Assembly (NCBI RefSeq): GCF_006345805.1
Contig: NC_043001.1
Location: 117,552,001 to 117,616,000 of the forward strand
DNA length: 64,000 nt
Origin: Octopus sinensis
Taxonomy: Eukaryota
Reading direction: 5' to 3'
Position 1 is the first letter of the stretch. Every line of letters begins with the position of its first letter. Below, in pieces: positions 1 to 11,189 of the stretch. Below the pieces are notes generated by a model, which did not search any database, was not told where the DNA came from, and was given only the letters and a program-made list of their open reading frames with translations. Position numbers and translations under genes: made by a program.

Positions 1-48
1 AATATTCATATCATTATATAGCTGAATGTGTTATATATACGCATATAT

Positions 49-110
49 ACTAAAGGCGGTGCTCCAGTATGGCCGCAGTAAAATGACTGAAACAAGTAAA
101 AGAGTAAAAG
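49..110 (+). mobile_element. 3' end fragment of tRNA-derived SINE family C
   Basis: ctaaaggcggtgctccagtatggccgcagtaaaatgactgaaacaagtaaaagagtaaaag matches the 3' end of the full copy at 24258-24688. Confidence 0.8.
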
Positions 111-239
111 GGTATAATGCCATGTACTTTAGCGACATAAGTAAAAGCAAAACTTTGACGAGGAATTAAAACTGTATCGCAAATTTATTTCGACGAAAGT
201 TGACAACAAACTAACTTGACGGTAACCATTACAGACATC

Positions 240-480
240 AATAACATATCGCAGCTGTCGAGGGTGATTTATATGCTCGATATAGTAGCCAAATCTCCCT
301 CATATCACATGGCCGACATCGGCTTGGAAACGTCATGTTGGATAAGGTAGTCCTAGCTTGATACATTAGGATAAGATGGAGTGGTAACAGCTGCAAAGTC
401 TTTGATCATTAAAAGTGTTTAGAGTTGACTTGCGGCTAAAGTACAATAACAACAACAATAACAACAACAACTACTACAAC
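240..480 (+). mobile_element. Degenerate (CAA)n-tailed retroposon, family G
   Basis: Ends gagttgacttgcggctaaagtacaataacaac, related to the gacctggggctaaa-(caa)n ends at ~870, 27790-27860 (-) and 44225-44250. Confidence 0.5.
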
Positions 481-629
481 TACAACAACAAACAAGCAAA
501 AACAAAAATAACAACAATGACACTCACTTCAGTGAGTGGGATGAGGGAGTAGGAATGATGTTTATATAGACTCCACCACCACCTAAATATAATGAGTCTT
601 GTATTTACTTTATCAACTTCGGAACCGTC

Positions 630-904
630 CAGAGAATATTTTAGAGTTTAATCGAGTTGCTAGAAAGAGCAGCAAGATCTGCTGAAATCACACTATAGTG
701 GCTAAAAGAAAAATAGAAAAGAAAAGAAGAGAAAAGAAAAGAAAAATATACAATGAGTAATGCAGTCTTAGATATCTGAACGGAATATAAAAAAAAAAAA
801 ATAGACAACCATGGCCGACATCACATCCGGAAAAAAATCTGCTTGATCATTGCTGACCTGAAGCTACACAACAACAAAATAACTATATTACAACAACAAC
901 AACA

Positions 905-905
<1 letters not shown>
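630..905 (+). mobile_element. Degenerate family G retroposon
   Basis: gttgctagaaagagcagcaa...tctgcttgatcattgctgacctgaagctacacaacaac; same internal and terminal motifs as other G copies. Confidence 0.45.
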
Positions 906-935
<30 letters not shown>

Positions 936-1300
936 AAAGTGAATTCTGTGCTAATGTGATTTGAACTCAGATTATAGATCATGAAAAAGACAAAACCGAA
1001 ACAAACTGAAACACTTGCTCTAACTCTCCCATCACGATAAATAGCGGTGACAGTGTTTCTGTTTTTGTTGTGTGCATGACGAGAAGTGAGTTTGTGGAGT
1101 TAATGCCTTTCCTGATAGCATTAAAAATTGTACCGGAACGATAATTAAACTTTTTGAAATGATTATATATATATGTGTATGTGTGTATGTGTGTGTTTGT
1201 ACTTACATACATACATACATAAATATATGTGTGTGTGTGTCTGTATCTATGTATATATATATATGTATATCTGTAGATAGATAGATAAATAGATAGATAG

Positions 1301-1812
1301 ACACACATTCACACGCACGTACATACATACATACATGCATACATACATACCATACATACATACATACATACATACTACATACATACATACATACATACAT
1401 ACATACATACATACATACATACATACATACATACATCATACATACATACATACATACATACATACAACATACATACATACATGCATACATACATACTACA
1501 TACATACATACATACATACATACTACATACATACATAATACATACATACATACATACATACCTACATACATACATACATACTACATACATACATACATAC
1601 ACACACACATACATACATACTACATACATACATACATACATGCATACATACATACATACATACATACACTCATATAATACTTATATAAAGTACAGAAATA
1701 TTAAATTCAGACAAGACATTTAGTTTTTAACTTTGGATGGAAGTTTTGTGAAACAGTTTTTCTTTTATTTATTTTCGATGCACTTGCAAGAGTAGTAAAA
1801 GTAGTAGTAGTA

Positions 1813-1844
<32 letters not shown>

Positions 1845-1924
1845 TAGTAGTAGTAGTAGTAGTAGTGAAAGTAGTAGTGAAAGTAGTAGTAGTAGTAGTA
1901 GTAGTAGTGTAGTAGTAGTAGTAA

Positions 1925-1958
<34 letters not shown>

Positions 1959-2079
1959 TAATATGATGCTTGTAATGGTGTTTGTGGTTGTAGTCGTAGT
2001 AATGGTTGCTGTACACATAATTGAATACAAGAGAGACAGGCAAATCGATAAATAGACGAGACAGACTGACAGGCAAGTG

Positions 2080-2135
<56 letters not shown>

Positions 2136-2644
2136 CACACATTCACACGCACGTACATACATACATACATGCATACATACATACGTACATACATACATAC
2201 ATACATACATACATACATACATACATACATACATACATACGTACATACATACATACATACATACATACATACATACATACATACATACATACATACATAC
2301 ATACATACATACATACATGCATACATACATACATACATACATACATACATGCATACATACATACATACATACATACATACATACATGCATACATACATAC
2401 ATACATACATACATACATACATACATACATACATACACACACACATACATACATACATACATACATACATACATACATACATACATACATACATACATAC
2501 ATACATACATACACTCATATAATACTTATATAAAGTACAGAAATATTAAATTCAGACAAGACAATTTAGTTTTTAACTTTGGATGGAAGTTTTGTGAAAC
2601 AGTTTTTCTTTTATTTATTTTCGATGCACTTGCAAGAGTAGTAA

Positions 2645-2685
<41 letters not shown>

Positions 2686-2727
2686 TAGTAGTAGTAGTAG
2701 TAGTAGTAGTAGTGAAAGTAGTAGTGA

Positions 2728-2808
<81 letters not shown>

Positions 2809-2929
2809 TAATATGATGCTTGTAATGGTGTTTGTGGTTGTAGTCGTAGTAATGGTTGCTGTACACATAATTGAATACAAGAGAGACAGGCAAATCGATA
2901 AATAGACGAGACAGACTGACAGGCAAGTG

Positions 2930-2997
<68 letters not shown>

Positions 2998-3095
2998 TAT
3001 AGATAGATAGATATAGACAGATACATAGATAGATAGATAGACAGATATAGACAGATAGATAGATAGATAGAAAGATAGATAGATAGATAGATAGA
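1301..3095. repeat. Tandem duplication of an ~834-bp unit containing (TACA)n, (GTA)n and (GATA)n tracts
   Basis: acacacattcacacgcacgt starts at 1301 and 2135; the unique segments ctcatataatac...caagagtagtaaaa and ttaatatgatg...caggcaagtgg occur twice almost identically. Confidence 0.95.
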
Positions 3096-3372
3096 GAGGG
3101 AGAGAGGGATGGAAGGCGAAGGGCGAGAGGGGAGAGAAGACGGAGGGAGAGAGAGTGACAGGAGGAGGAGGAGAAGGCAAAGTGGTTTTTAAAGAATCCT
3201 ATAGCTTTGAGGAATGAAAGATCGTGCAATGTTCAGGAAACGAACATCGAAATATTTTGCAAAAGTGGGACAAAGGAAAACTAGTTCATACACATATAAA
3301 CATGCACCTACACACACAAGCACAATCGCACATATAATATATATATTCTCTGTGTCTGCTTCTCTCTTTCCG

Positions 3373-3405
<33 letters not shown>

Positions 3406-3941
3406 CTCTCGCCCCCTCTTTCATGTGCACACTACACATGCACAAACGCACTGGCCCCCTCGCTCTGTTACTCTATCTCTACAATACACGTGCTCACTCT
3501 CTTTTGCACTCAGTTCCTCTCACTTTTTCACACGTACGCATTCGTATACAACTTCACAAAGAAACACAGTCTTTGTCTCTGCCTGTCTGTCTGCTTGTCT
3601 GTTTATGTCTTTCTCTCCCTCTCTCTCCCTTTCACGCCCCCTCTCTCACTCTCTCTCTCTCTCTCACTCTCTCTCTCTCTCTCTCATACACATACTCAAA
3701 CTGATACAACACACACAAAACGCACATGGTAAACAGAATGTTGTTGTCACAGATGTTTTTAAAAAAGTACACATATGCTTATGCACATATAGACATACAC
3801 ATTGACACATGTATACACACATATACATCACATCATATATATATGCGAGTAATAATATAAGCATGTATATATGTATGTATGTATGCATGTATGCATATGC
3901 ATGTATGCATATATGTATATTTGTACATATCTATGTGTCTA

Positions 3942-4049
<108 letters not shown>

Positions 4050-4500
4050 TGTGTGTGTGTGTGTGTGTGTGTGTGTCTGTGTGTGCGTGCGTGCGTATTG
4101 AATGTACTTTATAAATATGTACTTGGTCTGAGTGAATGTGGTAATATTAAAGTGCATATTGATACGTATGTCAATATAAATGCACACAAAAGCGCGCGTT
4201 CACACACACACACACACACACACACAAGCACATGTTCTTAAATACACGTCGATGTACTTACAAATGCATTGACATGCGTATATGTATATGCATACATACG
4301 TGAATGCGCTCATACTAACATACAAACAAAAGAATGAACGTTGCTATTTTGTTTAGAGCAGTAGTTTACATATTTTATACGTGAAACGGGGAGGAAATGC
4401 CAGACGAATAACGAACCGAACAGACAGACATCTAAACACATACTTGTATGTGTGCAAGCATTTCCAATCTTGGAAAGTTTTAAAGTTAATATAAACACAT

Positions 4501-4547
<47 letters not shown>

Positions 4548-4667
4548 CACACACACACATAATTATATATAAACATATGTGTGTGCATCTGTGTATGTGT
4601 GTGTATACATGCACACATATACATATATATATATATATTAATATATATATATATGTATGTACGCGTG

Positions 4668-4686
4668 CAGGTGGTAATGCGCATAT

Positions 4687-4721
<35 letters not shown>

Positions 4722-4736
4722 GCGCATTACCACCTG
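4668..4736. repeat. Near-perfect palindrome: 16-bp inverted arms around an (AT)n core
   Basis: caggtggtaatgcgca (4668-4683) is the exact reverse complement of tgcgcattaccacctg (4721-4736). Confidence 0.95.
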
Positions 4737-5274
4737 ACTTTCTGGTTTTCGACACTTTTTCCCGCCATACGTAAAATGTTTATTCCTCACTTCCTCTCTC
4801 TCTCTCTCTCTCTCCTACTCTTACCGTGTTTCCTTTTTTTCCTTTGAAGAAGTTATAACGTCCGAAATGTCAATACATCCCATTTCTACTCTTCTAACGT
4901 TAGATTGTTACCAATATTCGTCATACTTTCTTCTTTCTGTGTTTGTATTTGACCTTACAGTACATATGTATTAGTCTTTGCAGAAACACACACACACGCG
5001 CGCGCGCGCGCACACACGCATACATGCACACTCACATACACAAACGCACATACACACTCACTCACCCCCTCCCACACACACACCCGTACATCCAAATAGA
5101 CATTCTTACGCGCACTTAACTTCGTTTAACAAAACCCAAAAATTTTATTGAAATAAAGGCATGCTTAATTATTTTTTAATGAAAAGAAAACACTGCTTTT
5201 TATTCAGCAGATATGATTCAGCACCGTCCATTGGACGGGGGGGGGGCATTTTGCTCATGTATATATATATATAT

Positions 5275-5321
<47 letters not shown>

Positions 5322-5334
5322 AATGGGCTTTTTC

Positions 5335-5478
5335 AGTTTCTGTCTACAAAATCCACTCACGAAGCTTTGATCAGCTCAGAAGTATATTAGAAGACACTTA
5401 CTCAAGATGTCATGCTGTAGGACTGAACCCAAAATCACGTGTTTGGGAAGCAAATTTTTTACCACACAGCTACACAGT
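5335..5478 (-). mobile_element. SINE family C head/core fragment
   Basis: Reverse complement resembles gctgtgtggtaag...gggttcagtcc...cttgagtaagtgtcttct of the 24258 copy. Confidence 0.7.
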
Positions 5479-5599
5479 TATTAAAAAGATGGTCTATTTT
5501 GAAGGTATTTTAGAACCAGTCACTTGATTGGTTGTTATACCATTGGGAGTAACAGATTGTATAAGTCGTGGTATGGTTAGAACTGATACATAAAATACT

Positions 5600-5811
5600 G
5601 GTTTCAAATTTTGGCACAAGTCCAGCAAGTTCAGGGAGAAAGGCTAAGATGATTACATCAACCCCAGTGTACAACTGGTACTTATTTTACTGACCCTGAG
5701 AATGAAAGGCAGAGTGGGCCTCAGTAGAATTTGAACTCAGAATATAAAGACAGACAAAATGGCACTAAGCATTTTGTCCAGTGTGCTAATGATTCTGCCA
5801 GGTGGCCACCT
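5600..5811 (-). mobile_element. tRNA-derived SINE family A (gcctttcatcctttcggggtcgataaa central domain)
   Basis: Reverse complement has the ggtggccacctggcagaatcattagcac head, a gagttcaaatt B-box-like motif and a cttgtgccaaaatttgaaa tail. Confidence 0.8.
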
Positions 5812-5924
5812 CCAGAAACTTGGCTAGCCACTGCAGAGAAACCTATTCTGTACCTTTTAAATCCCGGTTAATCACTCTGTATTATTAAGCTAAGCAACTC
5901 ATGGCACTGATATGTAAAACATTA

Positions 5925-6127
5925 ATTTCAAATTTTCGCATAAGGCCAGCAAGTTCAGGGAGTTGGGTAAGTCAATTGCATCAACCCCAGTACTCAGCTG
6001 ATACTTCTTTTATAGACCCTGAAATGGTGAAAAGAAAATCGACCTCAGTGGAATTTGAACTCAGAACCTGAAGACAGATGAAATGACGCTAAGCATTTCA
6101 CCTGGCATGCTAACAATCTTGCCTACT
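5925..6127 (-). mobile_element. SINE family A, degenerate
   Basis: Same head/core/tail order as the adjacent copy (atttgaactcagaacc...gctaagcatttcac on +). Confidence 0.75.
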
Positions 6128-6484
6128 GTTGTTTACTGAGATATAAAATATTGATAATACAGCACTTAACAAATATATGCATACCATACTTCAAATCATG
6201 TAAATTTCTGATTTAGATTTATATTCATTAGTAGTTACATAGTTTTGAAAAATGATAGAATGTGGCTTATCATAGCATCTTCTGTTTCCATTGCTTTCCG
6301 TTGTTAGACAAAAAACTCAGGTGAAGATTTATGTAAAGTAATCCCTCCACTATTGCAGGCAGTGGCTCAGCGACAAAATTGCCAAGGGGGTGCAAACCCA
6401 GGTCCTAATTTTTTAAATGAAAAATGTGGATTTTTCCAATGTTAACTTTAAAACAAAATGCAGATATAATAATTTTTATTATTA

Positions 6485-6975
6485 TGAGGGTCTGCTGAAA
6501 TGTTCATAATCTGAGCAAGACACTCTCAATGGAATGTGACCAAATGAAGTTCATTTTCTAACACAGTTCCTCTTACCGTTCACACACTTCCATTAGGAGT
6601 TGCAGTGCTTGGGTCGCACTGATGAAGAAGCTTTTCTGTTGATCAAAATGGTCATTAACAACAGATAAGATGTCCTCATCATAGTGATACTGGTGCTCAG
6701 CTGAGTGTTTTTCTATGTTGGGAAACATGATAACCAGAAGGAACCAAATCACTAACATAGGGAGGATGATCAACCAGTTCAAAGCCAGTCACACACAGCA
6801 GCCATTGAAACCAAGGACTTGTGTGCTGAAGCATTGTCCTAATGAAACAGTTTTTCTGGGTGTTTGGTCTTGATAGCCTTTCATAACTGCCTTAGGAAGT
6901 TGGTATTGAAATTTTCCATTGATGGTGTGATCATTTTGAAGATAGCCAATAAACACAATATTTTGCATGGTATAT
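6485..6975 (-). pseudogene. mariner transposase 3' relic with terminal inverted repeat
   Basis: Minus strand reads IVFIGYLQNDHTING...LFH*DNASAHKS...GFELVDHPPY..DLVPSGYH.FPN...DEDILSVVNDHF across frameshifts; TA then tgagggtctgctgaaatgttcata at 6485-6508 resembles a mariner TIR. Confidence 0.85.
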
Positions 6976-7279
6976 ATAATAATGTGAAGTATATTTTGCA
7001 TATTAAAATGTTAAATTTTGGAAATGTATCAAGCAGAGCTAAAATAAGCAGTAAAAATACAAATTGCAAGTATTTCAAAATGTGGGACACTACTTGACAA
7101 AAACTAACAAAAAAGGAAGAAAATAGTAGTGCTTGTGTTCCAAAGGTACAATGAGAAGGCTCAGGAGAAGGATAGAGAGATGGGGTAGAGGGAAGGAAGT
7201 TAGAAGGAAAGAAAAGAATGAAAAGTGAAAAGATAAACTGGGGATCTGAAATGAGTACTAGGCAGGAAATTGGCCCCTG

Positions 7280-7462
7280 TGCCGGTGGCATGTAAAAACA
7301 GCACCCACTACACTCTCAGAGTGCTTGGCGTTAGAAAGGGCATCCAGCTGTAGAAACACTGACAGATCAGACTTGAGCCTGGTGCAGCCTTCTGGCTTCC
7401 CAGGGCCCAGTCGAACCATTCAACCTATTCCATCATGGAAAATGGACATTAAACGATGATGT
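7280..7462 (+). mobile_element. SINE 3' fragment with V-domain-like motif and (GAT)n tail
   Basis: ggcgttagaaagggcatccagctgtagaaac resembles the V-SINE central motif; ends aaacgatgatg. Confidence 0.55.
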
Positions 7463-7759
7463 CTTACCTATGCACTGGTCAAGTAGAAAAACGATGAGTG
7501 ACAAAAAATTGGATTGTCGTTTGGTACCAAAAAAATGAAGAAAGAGAGTAGAGAAGGTTAGGGAAGAGCAAGTAGGAAGAAAGAGAGAGTGCGGAGAAAT
7601 AAGGGAATAAAGATAGATAGTAGGTAGTTGACAGAAATGGACAGAGGAAGAAATGGAAGGCAGTAAAGAGAGAAAAGCAGCAGATAGGTAGAGAGGTAGA
7701 TAGAGGGGAGAGGAGAAGGACAGAGAAATAGATAGAAAAGAGAGACAGTCTTGCACCAA

Positions 7760-8725
7760 ATATTGAACACTGGGTAGGGTACCACTGAGTGGGAACAGAA
7801 GTGAGTGTGTGACATCACATTGACTAACAGACCTAAAATACTGCACAGAAACTCAACAAACATGCACATATAATGATAAAGGAAATTGTTGTATACAGTG
7901 CTCAGGTGCACTACAACTAAAAAGAAAAAAATGGCCATCAGGTGTATTGTTGGCGGATTTCAGGACACATGGAAGTTTTGAAGGATGTAGTGTCTTGACA
8001 GCTAACAACTGATGCAGGTGGTTTATTCCATGCTTCTGCAATTCTGAGCATGAAAAATTGTTTCCGAAAGTCATGGGTGCTATGTTGTTTTTTGATTTTA
8101 TAAGCATGTCTGTTAGTAAAAGTTTCCCAAGGTTGTTGTTGGAAATATGGTGGATAATCTTGTGGGTGTCAATCAAGTCGGTTGCCAGACGTCTGGGCTT
8201 CAATGTATCCATGCCCAGGAATGCAAGACGTTCAGAGTATGGTAGATGTCTGACGGTGGGTATTCGCTTTGTTGCACATTTCTGAACATTTTCCAGGAGA
8301 TTTATATACTGAGAAAGAGAGGGGTTCCAGACTGGTGATGCAAATCCCAAGTGTGGACATACCATTGTTGTATACAGTTTTAAATAGATAACTGGAGAGT
8401 GGCTGACAAAGGTCTTACTGAGAGATGCTAGCATAACCTCAGCCTTTTTGACAGTCTTAGATATGTGGTTTGTCCAATGCAGATTGTTGTTTACAATAAT
8501 ACCTAGAAAATGTACACCAGAAGAGTTCTTGAGATTGGTGTTGCTGAGGGAGTATGTAAAAGCTGGATTTTTCCTCCCAAAATGCATGGTGACACATTTG
8601 TGTACAGATAGCTTGAGATGCCAGTCAGAGGTCCACTGCTACATTCCATCCAGACTTATTGTAGGATAGGATAAGCTCTTTTTATTTCAAGGTACAGCTT
8701 GGTATCATCTGCATATTTCAACACT
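7760..8725 (-). pseudogene. CR1/L2-type LINE RT C-terminal relic, 5'-truncated
   Basis: SVLKYADDTKLY at 8730-8695; ORF 7853-8587 has FLGIIVNNNLHWTNHI, LYTTMVCPHLGFASPVWNP, LENVQKCATKRIP and YSERLAFLG. Confidence 0.9.
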
Positions 8726-9532
8726 GAACTTCTCAGGAAGTTTTCGACCAAATTTCCCGGAGGTTAGAAAATCCACGGAACATTCCAGGAAGTTTTCGAC
8801 CAAATTTTCCGGAAGCTAGAAAATCCTCGAAATTTCCAGGAAGTTTCCGATAAAATTTCCCGGAAGTCAGAAAATCCTCGGAACTTTCAATGAAGTTTTC
8901 GACCAAATTTCCCGGAAGTTGGAAAATCCCTAGAACTTCCCATGAGCTTTTCGACCAAATTTCCCGGAAGTTGGAAAATCATCGGAACTTCACAGGAACT
9001 TTTCGACTAAATTTCTCGGAAGTTGATGAATCATCGGAACTTCCCAGGAAGTTTTCGACCAAATTTCCTGGAAGTTGGAAAATCCTCGGAACTTCACAGA
9101 AACTTTTCAACCTAATTCGCCGGACGTTGGAAATCCTCGGAACTTCCGAGGAAGTTTTCGACCAAATTTCCCGGAAGTTTTAAAATCCTCGAAACTCCTC
9201 CATGAAATTTTCGACCAAATTCACCGGACGTTGCAAAAATCCTCGGAACTTCCCAGGAAGTTTTCGACCAAATTTCGCGGAAGTTTGAAAATCCTTCCCA
9301 TGAAGTTTCTGACCAACTTCCCCGGAAGTTGGAAAATCCTTGGAACTCCCCATGAAGTTTCCGACCAAATTACCCGGAAGTTGGAAAATCCTCGGAACTT
9401 CCCATAATATTTTCGACCAAATTTCCCGGAAGTTGGATAATCCTCGGAACTTCCCATGAGCTTTTTGACCAAAATTTACAGAAGTTTGGGAAATCCTCGG
9501 AACTTCCCATGAAGTTTCCGACCAAATTTCCC
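8726..9532. repeat. 52-bp tandem minisatellite, ~15.5 copies
   Basis: Consensus caggaagttttcgaccaaatttcccggaagttggaaaatcctcggaacttcc repeated head-to-tail with scattered substitutions and no unique spacers. Confidence 0.97.
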
Positions 9533-10020
9533 TCAGCCTCCCTGTAAACCACCAAACTTCTTTAGTCAGTATCCTTGAACTAAATCTGGTCCAGGGCCCT
9601 CCCAAGTCGACGTTTTTCCTAACACTTTACTCATTAATGCACGAGTTAGTCTTAGATCTGGTTACGTCTCACTCACTACTTCTTCCCTCACTTTCTTTAA
9701 CCATACTTCATCTCCATTATGATTGACTGACTTATCCCAATCTTCTCTGGTCTGTCTCAAATAATGTGTTCTGTTGATACTGATCTATTCTTATCTGATA
9801 TCTGGAGAGCTTTCCTGCTACAGGTATGATACGATGTTTCAACTCTTCTATTATTGTCCCAAATCCTTTCTCTTTGACTAAGTATCTTTTCTCAAGGGAA
9901 AATTTGCATCTTGTGTTTCCTAACGTATTCAGTTTCCAATCTTCTATTCTATTCAGATCTTGTCTTAAAGCCTTCACTTTATTTTGTAGTGTCCTTTTCC
10001 ACATTTGCTCTTTATCATTA
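9533..10020 (-). pseudogene. R4/Dong-clade retrotransposon ORF, N-terminal (pre-RT) fragment 'DongA'
   Basis: WKRTLQNKVKALRQDL...IIEELKHRI...YQQNTLFETDQRR, then after an internal deletion WDKSVNHNGDEVWLKKV...TWEGPGPDLVQGY*LKKFGGLQGRLR. Confidence 0.85.
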
Positions 10021-10066
10021 TAATTATTATTATTATTATAATTATTATTATTATTATTATTATTAT

Positions 10067-10136
<70 letters not shown>

Positions 10137-10137
<1 letters not shown>

Positions 10138-10675
10138 AATGAGAGAGCAGTGCATGCCATCAAAATGACACTGGGTACAAATATACGAAACCCAGTATAC
10201 CCATCATGACTACCCGTCTGATAAGGGTACAACCATATGTGCACGACATGGTGATCTCATACCAAGATAAACAGCGCATGACCTTGCTGGTGGGACCCAG
10301 TTAAAATTTTCTTCAGATCGAGTAGCCTACTTGTTCTAAATTTCCCTGAAGAAGGTTTGTTTAAGGATGAACAAAACACCCACGCCTCCAGAGGCGAATA
10401 ATTCAAACTCCAAAGAATTCCTCTCAACACATGGCTAAGATGCTCCCCTACTACTTCTGCTCGTGATCAGAGATACACATATTTTCAGTCACCAAGGGAC
10501 ATGCTCAACTGGTTAAGGTCAAACAATTGACAAGCAAATCAAATCTGTGATATTGAGCAGAATATTTGTTGTATCCCATCTTCTATACCAAGACAAAACA
10601 ATGCACATGATAACACTTCCAATCAGTTTAGATCAAAACTTATGAGAGCCACTGCCTGGTGCAGCATCAGAGCAG
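10137..10675 (-). mobile_element. Element X, full-length copy 1
   Basis: Colinear with 13312-13869, same two termini, triplet repeats on both sides. Confidence 0.9.
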
Positions 10676-10694
10676 TTATTATTATTGCTAGTAT

Positions 10695-11120
10695 TATTAC
10701 CCTGCGCACGTAAGCATAAGCAAGATATTGTAATTACTCATCTTTTATTGCCTGTGTGTTTGTAAAATTACTGGAAAACGGCTGAGCGGATTTTCACCAA
10801 ATTTGGCAGAAATATTCATTGGGTGAGTGGCTCGAAATGATGAAAATTTGGTTTGATTATCTTCAGACATACATAAATATATACATAGATATGCGACTGT
10901 GTGTGTGTGTGTGTGTGTGTGTACAGTGATGGATTCGAGGGTTTCGTTTATTTACGAGTTGACTTCTTAATTTCACCGGAGTATAAATACCTATAATGGT
11001 GATACTTAAAAAAAATTAAAAGTTCAGTTAAATAGCATGGGTAGCAACGCATTGTAAGCCACACTATAATTTGCGATGAAAATTTATCTGCACACAGGGT
11101 AAACATCGCTCCTCCGATAC
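10695..11120 (+). mobile_element. Helentron-associated/DINE-1-like non-autonomous element
   Basis: Subterminal inverted repeats ttaccctg (10697) and cagggtaa (11095), 3' ATCG/CGAT stem-loop followed by a T-run, internal (GT)n and ggattttcaccaaatttgg core. Confidence 0.6.
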
Positions 11121-11189
11121 TTTTTTCATCCTCCTCCTCCTCATCATCATCATCATCATCTTCATCATCATCATCATTACTATTATTAT

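Noticed and set aside
8726-9532. CRISPR-like appearance of the palindromic 52-bp array
   Set aside because: Units are contiguous with no unique spacers, no cas genes are present, and the context is eukaryotic
8890-9605. ORFs of 60-140 aa across the array
   Set aside because: Unit length is not a multiple of 3, frames shift every unit and overlapping ORFs occur on both strands
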